NCBI GenBank assembly: GCA_002633005.1
Contig: NMRA01000002.1
Span: 698,044 to 762,043, forward strand
Source: Phoronis australis
Lineage: Eukaryota; Animalia; Phoronida
Length of the DNA: 64,000 nucleotides
Direction of reading: 5' to 3'
The translations under genes were made by a program, and so were the position numbers. Below are positions 26,050-38,508 of the stretch, in pieces; the stretch's first letter is position 1, and every line of letters begins with the position of its first letter. A model generated the notes under the pieces. The model did no database searches and was not told the origin of the DNA. It saw only the letters and a list, made by a program, of their open reading frames with translations.

Positions 26050-29000
26050 GTAAGTCGATTTGATTTTCTAAACTATGCTAAACACCACAAACTCACGCAA
26101 GAAGAATGCTGCAAGACGCCACGGGAGTATATGTACTCACGTGAATCGCAATCCAGGCACAGGCCCTCGTTCATGGCCACAAGGGGTCTGACGATGGTTA
26201 TACATACGGGGCACGTCACAGATTTCTTCATTACAGGAACAGACCTACAAATTCAGTGACTGTGTTGACCAGGGAGTCCGGACTCCTCGTCAATATCCAA
26301 GCGTGTAGACGTAATAACACTATTCAAGTTTAGTGAGTAGTTGTTTTTGTTCTTGGTGAACTGCCTTTAACCATTCTGGCCGCGTTTGAAAGAGGTGCAG
26401 TGTTAACAAGCGAAACCTTGTACAATCTCGACAACCAAATCGCATCAGAAGATTGTACTCCATGAGTACATCTTCTTTTGGCAGCCTAACTCCGGACTTT
26501 TTAGTTTTCGACCAGTCAATGCGGCATCAGTTTTGATCTTTGGTCGCTGTTTCAGCCGTCCGAACTTGTTCCAAGATGGTTGACGTCGCAAACACCAGTG
26601 ACGTTGCCCATCTTCAGTGAAGAACTTTGCATGACGCACGTGTAAATGAAGAAGATAGACCACTGACACGGGAAATGAAAACATGTGACGAATTGTAAGG
26701 CTCTTGCAAACGAGCCCTTTTAACTTAAAATAGGCAAATCGCTATGCTTACGCGTTTTAAGCGAGACATTTATTAGACAAGCTTTCGGCCAAGCATGCGT
26801 TGGACGAAGTATACCTTTTCCAGAGAACAAGTTTGTTTGTCCGCATATTTTTATGCTGTCATCAGATATGGTTGAAGATTCGTGCACGTTTTTCCTTAAA
26901 AATTATCGTAATAAAACTTGAAGGGTACAGAAAAAGTTTTTATTATTGCCATAAGTTTTATGGTTTCAAGAAGATATTTTCGCTGTTCTTGGTTAACAGT
27001 ACATCCATTGTGCTCCAGAACGGTATCAAAATAAACAAACAAAAAAGGACATGAGGTTCTGTCATGACGCTGTGAAGTGTCGTTTTAGTGCAAAGATTTG
27101 TTGAAATCTAAACATTTCTCAATATTTACAAATTTGTTAGCTTGGTCTCGTAATGACACAACAGCCTACAACCTTCAGGTCCTCATGCATATAACAAGAC
27201 CGCTGAGGGACATGAAGCCAAGATAACTACGTGAACTCGAATTGGACTGCTACGCAATTTGCCAAATTTCGAGTCGAATAGACCCCGGACCCTGATAGCC
27301 AAATTGCTACTTGAGAGTAAAATGGAAAAATGTTGTTTGAATAGGAAGCTGTAGCCGTGTTAGTGAAACTGTGTAAAGGGAAAATTTTCAGACTAGCGTG
27401 ATTTCTATTATGAAGCTGAATGCCTGATGTTAAAACGGGTGTACCCGTTTAGCTACCAAATGACAGTAATGCGAACGTTGTACTTCAAACGGGTAGAATT
27501 AAGCAATTACATCACATGAATGACAAGCACGCGGTATTTGAAGGACGAAAACGCTGTTAAGGAACTTATGCGCTACAATGTAAAAATCACCATCCATAGT
27601 GATTGTTTTTTATTTTGTGTGAAATGGTATAACCAAAATATGAATATCCATAATTAATGTTCCAATAATTTGTGAAAAGCCAATGTCCATCCTGTTGCTC
27701 AAGGTAACGGTTTTCGTGAATTCACGTCTCAGCTTTCTGTGAGCGAACGCCTTCTTTCCTATAACAATAGTATATCGCGATCGGCCACACTCTTTGCCGT
27801 CTTTCGAGACAATATCCTGCCCCTTCAAAATGGTGCTACACACAGCAACCATTTTTAGAAACAACACGGTTGCTAAACCAGCCACTTAAAGTTCGTGGAC
27901 TATCGGACACATTAACGTGACGAACTAGTCTTGAAGAAGCGTCTTGCCACCCCTAGCTATGAGCGCGAACTTTCGACCTTCCCCTCTCGCAACCCGCCAA
28001 TTTGTCATTCTCATATAATGTCTCTGTTGTTGACAAATGCTGCAACCATTTGATACAATTGCTTCACATTATTTTACTAGCTTGACAATAACAGAGAAAT
28101 TGACACGAAAATTTGCCATGGTCCTTTTAATTTTTATTGTGACGTTAACTCAGCCGAAGATGTTATATGCCCATGTGAACATAAACGGAGGCGACTGGTT
28201 CGTCTGTCTGACAGAACGTCCATAAAGCAGTTGAGTCTTAATAACAGCAGTGACTGTGCGGATCGTGTCCCGCTCAGTTGTTCTAATACCATGAGATGAG
28301 TAATTAATGTCTTTCAGATCAAAAAGAAATTGTTACACTTACTGGAAAATATGAACCAGTTTCAGTCGTTGGCTTTATTTTTCCTCCAGGCTTCTTTTCA
28401 TTAATACAGCTTGGTAATGTGAACAAACTATTAAGCAATTCTGGCACAATGCTTCCCCTGAGAGCCCAAACATCCTAATAATTTCCAGATCCATTAATAT
28501 ATAACAATCGCATACGAAGTAGAAAAAAATCCACGGACGTTACAGCTTTTGACCATTTTCGCGAAAAATTTTTGAGTATTAGTGCGCCGAGGAGATTGAT
28601 CCAGTAATATGATAGGGTCTGGATTTCATGTTGCGTAAGGAACAACTGGTGAAGATCATTTGTCATGTTTAATCTACACCCATACGTTTTCTGAACGAGA
28701 CAAAAATATAAAAAATCTAATCTCGTTGCGATTCGATCTAATTACCGATATACGTAATAAGCCATTTGTTTAGACGTCTGCCACGATATCAACTATTGAT
28801 GTGCCAAATAAATGGCCAGTAAAATAACAAATGTGAAGTAGGGTGATTTATATCAACGTGTACCAATAAGATACATCAGACCACATAGGTGTCTTTGGCA
28901 GTCTTTCATCAATTAGACTGGGTTTTGCAAAATTTTGTGTGTTCAATAATAGATTGCATTTAATACATCTAGAAAGGCGTTTTACTCGATAGGCTTCTGG

Positions 29001-29191
29001 TTTGTCTTCTCAGAGGTGGAACACGCACTCATAAGACACGCGGTCGCGAGAGTCTTCCCGAGCTATCGCCATGCATTACCAGCGATCGCACTAGCTGTAC
29101 TCGCGAGCGAGATTCTGACATCTACGGAATTCAGTCCTGGTTGATCCAGAACCCCTCGGCTATTTTCTTAGCCTCAAATGTCCTCACTGAA

Positions 29192-29330
29192 GTGAACGTT
29201 ATCTGCGTATGTGCGAACTTCAGTCATACTGCAAGTCATTTTTGATTTTAAAAGTCACGTGACTTGTCGTATGACTGAACCCTGCACTTAACTTTAACCT
29301 CGGAGGGCAAATTTGAAGCTTACGAAAGTA
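29192..29330. mobile_element. MITE family C, second copy
   Basis: gtgaacgttatctgcgtatgtgcgaacttcagtcatac matches the reverse complement of about 3822-3859. Confidence 0.65.
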
Positions 29331-29473
29331 CCCGATGTGTTCCAAGTGATCCTGGTTGTACTCATTTATGTTTTCTGTAATAATTTGCGTGTTTTTTACC
29401 ATGTTTTCTCTTGTTTTACCTTTGTTTTATTGTTTGGTTTCAAGTGTCCTGTCATCGTTTATATGTATTGTTA

Positions 29474-29539
29474 ATGAATGAATGAATCAATCAATCAATC
29501 AACCAACCAACCAAGCAATCAATTGGTCAATCAATCAAT
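29474..29539. repeat. (AATG)n/(AATC)n/(AACC)n microsatellite
   Basis: Directly visible. Confidence 0.9.
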
Positions 29540-30083
29540 AATTTAAGCCGATCGCCTGCCTCTAAATCTGATGGGCAAATCTACTTCCTTACCGTGAACA
29601 TCCATTGATGTGTTTTGTTTTTTTGGCCAAATAAACACAATGGACCAAAATTGTGAAATAGCCCAAATATAAATCATTCAGTTTGATACCCCCTGCACCT
29701 TCATGGAATGTTTTGAATGGAGGTAGTTAATGTTTAAGTGATAGTGTTACCGAGGTGTGTTTTGATATTCATTTTGAGACTTGTGATTCGCTGTAGTACC
29801 TTGACCTCCTTTGGCAGAATACTCTACATAGTGCACTGCAGGTATCGTAGAGTTTCTGAAAGAAGCCGAATAAATACGTGGTAAGAGAGTGATAGAGATC
29901 GACAATATCTTTTTTAAGTTGTATAACAATTAGTAAAATACATTAAAACACAGCTGGGTAAACATACACGTATATGTAAGCCGCAGAGGCAAAAGCCGCT
30001 TCATTGAGAACCACGGAAACGTACAATACAGTACAAGTAAGCAAACAGTATATGTAGGTAATTATTACTATTCATATATTGGA

Positions 30084-30565
30084 CATAATTTGTTAAATAC
30101 ACGACACTTTTCATTGTTCACAGTCTTTACGTTCGTACTTTCGGAACAAAACTCTACTATCAACTGAACATAGATACAGTAACTGACCTAGCGACATAAT
30201 TAAAAGACACACGATATTTCGAAACATACTTGTTTCATTCTAAAGTGAAGATAAAATGACGCAGTAATGCCACCACAGAGTATAAGCTGACGACACACAC
30301 AGTGAGACACGGCGGGTGTGAAATACTGCAAAGAATGACTAATGCAGGGGGGTAACAGGAAAGTCACGCAAACAAGTGTAACGTGCGGCGTGACACTTGA
30401 GAATGAAACAAATATGTTTCGAAATATCGTGTGCCTTTTAATTATGTCGCTAGGTCAGTTACTGTATCTATGTTCAGTTGAGAGTAGAGTTTTGTTCCGA
30501 AAGTACGAACGTAACGGAATAAAGACTGTGAACAATGAAAAGTGTCGTGCATTTAACAAATTCTG
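30084..30565. mobile_element. Young long-TIR MITE with 9-bp TSD (Mutator/Foldback-like)
   Basis: Near-identical inverted arms of about 165 bp (30084-30247 and 30394-30565). TATATTGGA duplicated at 30075-30083 and 30566-30574. Confidence 0.92.
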
Positions 30566-30716
30566 TATATTGGACATAAGTTGAAAGACTGATATGTGCT
30601 GTCACTGGATATTTCTTTAAAATAACCAAATACACAAACCTGACATCTTAGTAAAAATAAAGTAGTGTTACGTGTGAATCACTCCATAGAGTACAACATG
30701 GTGAACAAGTTGTTAA

Positions 30717-31041
30717 AGGGTTCCCACCATGACCCTGTGTCCACCCAAAAAATTATTAATACATCTTAAGAGATTTAATAGCCTTTAGTATACCTATTGC
30801 GACGGAACAAGCCAAAAATTAAAATTTTTTTTTTCTGTAATCGTGTTGTACGTTATGAGTGGAAGGCCATCTCCGCCGTTGTTGTTTTTACCAGTGCAAT
30901 ACTGAGAAGTTGTTAGGAAAGTACGCGGACACTGAGCCGCCTTTTTCAGATATGAAAAGGTGCGTTCGTGGAGGCTGTAGTAACATTTCATGTTAGCTGA
31001 CTGAAACCTCAAAAACTAAGGGAATGCATGGTGGGAACTCT
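30717..31041. mobile_element. Kolobok-type MITE
   Basis: 15-bp TIRs AGGGTTCCCACCATG / CATGGTGGGAACTCT, with TTAA at 30713-30716 and 31042-31045. Confidence 0.85.
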
Positions 31042-31099
31042 TTAAGGCGTAAGCGATAACTACATTTGTATATATGCAATACAAATGTGAGTATGGAAC

Positions 31100-32680
31100 A
31101 AGGAGTAGTATTGTAGTCAGGTGAATATATTCTGACAAGGATACAAAGTTGTCAAATGTTATTCCTAAAACTTGAATGTTTAAACAAAACTTAGATTTTG
31201 ACTGTTAATAATAAGCTTAGGTTTTAACTATTGAATTAATTTTTTTCTGAAAGAAGTGGAAAACCCTGTACTTAGTTTTTATGACATTGAACGACAGTTT
31301 GTTGACTGATAACCATGTAGGTGCGTCTGATAGCTTATTAATGATTCCAGTTTCTCTTGTTGTTGGTTTTGTAGACGAAGTTGTTTATATAAGACACGTG
31401 TCATCAGCATACGTAAGGGCCTCAAGAGAAGTAGATTTGTGGAGTTCGTTTAGGTAAAAGAGACAAGAAGGGAACTGTAATAGATCCTCGTGGTACACCT
31501 GTGATGATTGCTGATTTTTGGGAGGATGAATTGCCAAATCAAAAATATTGATGTCGGTTGGTTGAATAGTTTTTGAAAAGATTAATTGTTCGACTCCACT
31601 TACACCAGAAAATGAAAATTTGTCTGCCAAGATACCATGGTCTATTGTGTCAAAGACTTTTGAAAGGGTTAAAGAGATGTTAGTTGGGCTTATAACTATG
31701 TCCAGATACTCATTAAGTCTGTCAGTTACATGTAACTCGGGTGATGAACATTCGGATTGTAGTGAGGTGGTCATGAAGCTGGTCATCTGCATTTTGTCCA
31801 ATAATTTTGGGAAGGCAAGACGTAGAGACAAGCCTGTAGTTGTTAATACTGTGTTCATGTAAGTCATTTCCTTTATATATAGGCACAGCTTGGGGAATTT
31901 CCAAATCAGTTGGAAAATTACCTGTGTTAAAACTTTGATTGATGATGGCAGTCAGTGGTTTTATAATGACCGGAGTAATCAATTTCATCAGAGGAGATAG
32001 GAGGAAATGTTGTCAAATCCTGCGCTGGATTTCGACTTGATATTGCACAAGACCTTTCAAACATTGTGTGTGCAATAGTCTGCGTTGCTATTTGTTTGTA
32101 CTTGTTGATAATTTGTGAGTTGGATGTGTTGATGATGGTGTGGACAAGTCCCAAAATATAATTGGTGCTGGTCCGTGTTTTTGGAAGAGTCGGTGATGCG
32201 GTATATTTTAGTTGCTCACTTTTTAAAAAAATCCACCTTACGTAATCCACCACCTCTCTGTAATTATCATACGTAATCCACAGAATCGCCCAAGGCCAGA
32301 TGTTTTATGACACGTGGTTTCAAAGCAATGTAGAACTCGGACACACCAATAGGATTGATTGTGGGTGATTTTTTTTCTCGTTTGAGGATCGTTCTTTGCT
32401 AGTAAAGATTTTTGACAACATCTTCTAACGGTGAGTGGTTGTAGTGATGTTTAGCAGCAACGCTCGCAAGATATGGTTTGAGTCACGCAACAATATCCCT
32501 GTAAAGACCCTAACCACTTCACTATCGACATCATTGTGAGTTTGGCCTCTGATGGGTGTTCGTTGAAAATAAAGTGTGTCGCGGATCGCCACCAGACTGT
32601 CAGAATATGAAGACAAATGCAAGTCGCCAAACTTCAATGAGTTTGAAGTAGCCAAGTGAATGGCTTCGGCATTTTTAGAA
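31100..32680 (-). mobile_element. Decayed LINE (CR1/L2-group) ORF2 with reverse transcriptase and endonuclease remnant
   Basis: Frameshifted RT motifs PLTAIINQSFNTGNFP, VPIYKG..NNYRLVS, LSKVFDTIDHGIL, GVPRGS and YADDT. FGDL (GDFN-like) upstream. Confidence 0.9.
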
Positions 32681-32760
32681 CCTCTGAGTTTTCATTGGCA
32701 TGACGCCATTTTTGACGCTGCGACCTCTGTTCTTAGCAAATGTCAGTAAGACTGCTTCTG

Positions 32761-33160
32761 GGCCCGGTCTCTAATCTTTGTACTCGAAACGAACTCGAAA
32801 CTATTTTTGGCAATTTCTCTGCTCCTTTTGTGCGAACTTAAGATAATTGGTTATCAGACTGTGCTCGAATACATTATAGTTTATGCATAGGAGTTTCTAG
32901 TTCAAGTTTGCCCTTGAAGACCCTTATATTCGTGCTACAAACTCGAGTAAAAACTCGAAATTTCGAGTTCAAACTCGAACTTATTGCTTTAATATTGGGT
33001 TTACAAACTGTGAACTAAGGGCAATAAATTATCTACGTAAGTTATTGTGTACTCGAGCATAGAATAATAGACACTTATCTTGATTTCGCCCAAAAGTAGA
33101 GTAAAAATGCCAAACCTAATTTCGAGTTTCATTTCGAGTAAAAAGATTGGAGACCGGGCC
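32761..33160. mobile_element. Harbinger/PIF-type MITE
   Basis: TIRs of about 40 bp, ggcccggtctctaatctttgtactcgaaa / tttcgagtaaaaagattggagaccgggcc, flanked by CTG and CAG (CWG). Internal actcgaaa sub-repeats. Confidence 0.85.
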
Positions 33161-33699
33161 CAGGGCTGTGTTCCGTGAAGCAAATAATCGCGGCTAATAA
33201 TCTTCGCTTATGTTACAAAAACTGTGAATTCAATCCCATAATTCATGAATTATATGACGAAATTCAACATTTTAACCTCACCGACCAATCTCCTCAGTGA
33301 CAGCCATTTTGCTAGTATGGTTTCGAGCATACTCGCGAAACTCTCGCCGTTCACTGACCCAAGTGATTTTGCGTGGTTTAACGTAACCTCACTCTTCTCT
33401 CCAGGTTAATCTTGGATTGGGAGACTTTCAAGTAGTAACGTGTCGACTTATCACATGGGACTGGACACTAATGGCTTCTAGAGGACGAGGAGGCAATTTT
33501 GCGTTAGCTTAAAATCACTTCTTATCACACGCGCTGTAAAAGGGTCTTTTACCAAGTGAAAATGTTTCCCTATGACACCAGCTACGAAGAAAAAGTACCT
33601 TCTGGTACAACCAGGTGGAGATGAGAATTACGGGTCCCACAGGTTCAGCTCCCATTGTTTTCTAAAAGTCTCCCATTGCCTGACTAGACCATTTACCTC

Positions 33700-34500
33700 T
33701 GTATCTTTAAAGGTCGTCTACAGATTTTTGTGAAACTTGGCATTTAGGCACCTGTTAGTAGGATGATGCTATATTCCTGTTTTCGGAAGGAGTCAAGGTA
33801 TTTTGCGCCACCTAATAACCATTTTCACTGTTTTTTGGCATCCGCCTCTCTATCAACCAAACCACTCTTAAAGATGATTGTAAAAATTGGCATGCATGTA
33901 TTTTCTTAGTATGAAGAGAAAGCCTGACGATGATTTTCTGAATAAACTGGCTACTGTGGCACCTCCTAGTGGCAGTTTATTGGAGACATGATGCTATCTC
34001 CCTATTTTCCGAATTATTTGAGGCATTTTGCGCCACCTAGTGGCCATTTATGTTTTTTCCAATCGGTTTTTTGGCATCTGCTCCTCTATCAACTAAACCA
34101 TTCTATGGATTATTGTGAAAATTGATATATCTGTTCTCAGTTTGAAGAGTATGGCTGACGATGACGACTAACTACTGTGGCGCCTCCTAGCTTGTTTGCG
34201 CCTATAGCTGTATGTCCTAAGCCTACTGCAGGATCTTAATTAAATTTAGCAAGTGTATTCATATCATGTTGAGAACAGATATTGACAACTTTCAGGTGCA
34301 TTACCCCTAGTGGCCATTCCACTTTTTACGGTCTTCCTTTGTTTCTCTATAGTTTCTTGACAGATTTTTATGGAAATTGGTAAATACTTTCTATTAAAGA
34401 AACGATGTTTCTGTTTTCGGATGGAGTTGACATGTTTTGCGCCATCTGGTGGCCATTTTTATGATACAAATAGATGTCACAAGAAGCATGCTGTTTGTGA
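33700..34500 (+). repeat. Degenerate tandem array (about 230-bp units, each with two subunits); Helentron/HINE-like satellite
   Basis: Units at about 33760 and 33988 are colinear (atgatgctat..ttttgcgccacct..ttttttggcatc..tctatcaac.aaacca..gaagag..ctgacgatga..tactgtggc.cctcctag). Terminal hairpin tcacaa..agcatgct..ttgtga near 34477-34500. Family assignment is inference. Confidence 0.75.
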
Positions 34501-34547
34501 TGCCCAATTGCTTCAAAATTTTTCGCTCTCCGGCAGCCTTTCGGCGG

Positions 34548-34573
34548 GGCCCCCTATATTAATATAGGGGGCC
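34548..34573. repeat. Perfect 26-bp palindrome
   Basis: GGCCCCCTATATT|AATATAGGGGGCC. Confidence 0.95.
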
Positions 34574-35728
34574 TCGCTTTTGAGGTCCGAAATTCAATTT
34601 TTTGCCTATGTCATTTTAATAAGAATAAGTCATTTTAAATAATAAGCTGTTTTATCTGGTTTGACACGGGTTTCATCCACACTCTGTGGACACGTGTTAT
34701 GGAAGATGTTATGCTGGTGCTCTATGGTGCATGTAGGCCACGGCCTGCAGTGCTAGTCGTCCCTGAAACATTTCTATGAGTTTTCGCTGACTCTGTTCGA
34801 TCAGAGCAGTAACAAAGTATCCCTGCCACACTGTGGTGTCTTTTTTTCCAACACAGTGTCGCTGAACAAAATTGGGTCTCTGACTTTTGACGAAACTTGA
34901 TTCTCATGAACGTCTAGCCAAAGTAACCTTACTTCTAAAAATAGATTTGCTTGAAACAACTCGCAGTGCAGTTTCAAGAACAGGATTTGATGTTCCTTTT
35001 CTTCCGTGTTTTAGTAACGGGCGTACGTAACTTGATTAACTGGCAAACACTGTAGATAAATGCACCCCACCAGGCTAACCTGACTATAAATCGGACAAAC
35101 AATTCCCGCCGTATCTCGTCTGCTCTTTGTTACTAAGATGACATAAAATGGCCCTTCAGTCTTAGCGACTTTACTCATTTGAAAATGATTTACTGATATT
35201 ATTATTAAGTGTTCTAAAGCCACATTGACAACGCATGATAAAACTAGTGAAGTAGCCTCCGACTTTGATTTGCAAATGGGTGTTAAGGTAATTTTGTCAC
35301 TCTGTAGATTTGTGAGTGGCTCATTGTTTGAACGTAACATGAATTGTCTGTTGAAGACTGGATCGTTAATTCACTTAATAACTTATTTGTGATGTGACGA
35401 GCTGAGCAATTTCCCTCGTGTTCCATTAGTTTGGATGTGCTAAAGAGAACAAAGACGTGGTGACCAACACAAGAGACCTGATCGACACTTTTATTTAATA
35501 CAAGCTGGCACGAATTAATCGTTGTCACTATTCCAATCTCACGCATAGGGAATTAATTTAAATCGGTTTATTTTATTGTGCTGACTCGAGAAAAGAAAGG
35601 GAATGAGTCAAGATATGTAAAACGAACACAGACCTTAATGTGTTCACATGATATCAGTATTGACTGCTTGTACGAATTCGCCATTTTGTTTGAAAACGAG
35701 GTGTTGTGTCCAGATTACAATGGTTCTG

Positions 35729-35950
35729 GGGCCCGTTCCAAGAAAAGTGACTTAGCTAAGACAAATCTAAAATTTCAGTCAATTTTAACATAAAATTTGA
35801 ATTTGTCTCAAGTCCATTTAAAGAAAGATATCTTACATTTGCACTGTTTTTAGCTGAAGTTTTGTCTTAATTCTGACTTAATGAAGTTCCAAAGTTTGGA
35901 AATTGAGACAAATAAAACATGAACTCCAGTCAGTTTCTTGGAACGGGCTC
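35729..35950. mobile_element. Harbinger/PIF-type MITE
   Basis: TIRs gggcccgttccaagaaa / tttcttggaacgggctc, with 3-bp TSD CTG at 35726-35728 and 35951-35953. Confidence 0.85.
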
Positions 35951-38297
35951 CTGGATGTTTGAAATACGCACACTTTCACGTTTGCGTTGTTAAAATTGAT
36001 GCTAAAACGTGTCCTAAGCAACAATGCTCAACAATCAATTTTGCAGCCCCACCAAAGTGAACAAGTAGAGAAAATGAGTTGAAGTCAGATTTCTTAAATG
36101 TTTAAGTCAAAATTTGGATAAGAAAGGAATTGAACTAAAATCACAATTCTTCTTACGTGTACTTCCCTCTCACGCATGCCACTTACGCAGACTCTTGACT
36201 GAGAAATACCCCTTTTCACTTCCGGGATTACGTCCCGCACACGAAGGAGATTCGCAAAAACGCTAGATCACGCAACTCTTCGTGAGATATCCATCTCAGA
36301 CAACGGCTTGTTTTCACGACATTTTGTACTTCGCTAATATATATGTACAAGTAGGTTTCTGTTCTCTGGTACGCTTTGATTAATGGTTTCAGGTACTTTT
36401 TGAACCGTGGTAAATATTGGCCTGACAAAAGAGCGAGGGAACGCTCAGGAATGGACTAAATTGATTTTTGGATTAAGCCTCGGTTTAGAAACCACTGTCA
36501 TGAGGGGTGATAGCTTAAGTTTCGAGTCTAAATTTGAGTTGAGTGTGAGTTCGGGGATTAGGTCCTGGTGACTGGAAATCCAGCCGTGAGGAAAGTGATT
36601 TCGCACAACCTTCCGGTTTCCGACTTAGCGGTAAAAAGTCAATGGTATAAAAACGGAACTTCTCAAAACGGCGTCCAACTTGCCGTGCGTTTATCTCGCT
36701 TACACCCTCTGTCACCATTAGATTCAGGTAAAGAACTCGAAAACGAGGTCGTGTGATCAACTTTTCACAATACTACAGATGCTATGTCTCATGAAATTGT
36801 GAATATGCGAATGAAGTAATAGTTTACAAACCCGGGGTCTTCCGGTGTGCTGGAAATCATCCGAGAGTCAGTAACCATTACAATCTCTCAAACGTCCCAA
36901 ACGTCTGTTTTGCGAGACATTTTTTCAGTGTTATATTTCATGGTTACCCTAATGAAACAAGGGACCGTTTTTATTATTTGTTTGTATGACTATCAAATAA
37001 CGGTTGCGTAATATTCGGAATTAATAGTTTTTATATGTTTGCACTTGTTCTTAAGTGTATCAGTTGTGGGGTTTTCTTTGAAACCGTAATTATTTACAAA
37101 TTGTTTCTTTTCCTGATTACACTTGTACGCACAGTTCACTAGGTGGCGCTTGCTACAGACATAAATATTCACGGTTTTAATGAGATAGCATCTTTCTCGC
37201 TGGTTCCCTACGTGCCGCTAGGTGGGGCGGTAGCCGCGCCAGCACGCAGGTATCACTTAATTTTCCTCGGTAAATTTTTTACACCGGCGTTTCTGATTGG
37301 CTAGTCGAATCCTTAACAGGCAGCGCTTTACGCAAATAAACTGGCATGACTGGTGGACTGAAGTGTAAATGTGATCTGTTGTGCAGACAAATCGGTGCTT
37401 AAAATTTATGTTCAGGAAATGTGAAGCCTAGAAATTGTGATTGAGACTTTTCGGAATGCATCTTTCTACTGTCGATGATTTTTCTTTACGATAGTGTCCA
37501 GTATTCATACAGTATGAATAACACACCGGTTAAATCCGCCACTGAGATATGCGTTTATTGTACATGTATGTGCTCCAAGCACGCCTGCTATTAAACATCA
37601 CTGCAGAAACGAAATAGTTGCTGCGACGCCACTTGCATGACAAGGCTAAAAATCGTTCACAGTCAAAAGCACGCAGGGAACCAGAGAGTAGCACGTTTAA
37701 GCTACGATCTGGTTTGTATGCTTATTTCAACATTTCGAATAATGTCTTATCTTTCTCACTTTCGGTATTTTTCAAGGCGACAAATATTTATTTAATGGCT
37801 GCTCAACGATTTCAGTTGCTCGTTATTTCATTTTATTTAACCTTTGTGAAATGTTGACATAAACAGCTTACGTAGCTCAGAATGGTAAACATCCAACTAA
37901 CTGGCCTCGTTTGAGTTGCTCACACTGGGTGCGAGACAAGACGTGCACGTGTTTCATATATTTGCGAGACTTGTATCGTTGCTATATATTATATTACAGT
38001 ATTGTATGTTCATAGTTCCAGGTGGCACCGTGTCTCTTCAGGGAGACATTAATGCGCCTGGAAGTCTGCCTAAATGTTAACTCCATACTCTGATTGCGTC
38101 GAACTAATTAATTATTGAAAATTCATTCTCTTAAAAAATCCTGCTTGCAATCAAACGACCGGTGATTATAAGATAAACAGTGGCAGCCATTTAGTTAGAT
38201 TATAATACACATCTGCTAATTTCATTGAGCACTTAATGAAATGTACACTCATATGTAACTGACGTTTTATGACTTATTTTCCTTACTTTATTTTCAG

Positions 38298-38508
38298 TTG
38301 GATATTCACTGGGTGCAATAGATCCAAGTCTATATAAAGAATTCGATCTCGACGACCATACGTCGTTTCCGGAAGGTCATATCGGCAGGATATGGTTCGC
38401 AGTAGAGTACGAAAGAGAGGCTGAGAAATTACTGGTGACTCTCATCAAGGCCAAAAATCTACCAAGCAGAGTGTCCGGCAGTGTAAATGGTTGTGATCCA
38501 TTTGTTAG
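38298..38508 (+). CDS. SYT15: Synaptotagmin-15-like exon, start of C2A
   Basis: ttttcAG| ... |GTAATT. Encodes GYSLGAIDPSLYKEFDLDDHTSFPEGHIGRIWFAVEYEREAEKLLVTLIKAKNLPSRVSGSVNGCDPFV, matching SYT15 [38 protein letters not shown]. Confidence 0.96.

Noticed and set aside
27610-27885. Possible additional THAP remnant (MVAVCS..., WLSQI by frameshift)
   Set aside because: Too few conserved residues to support.
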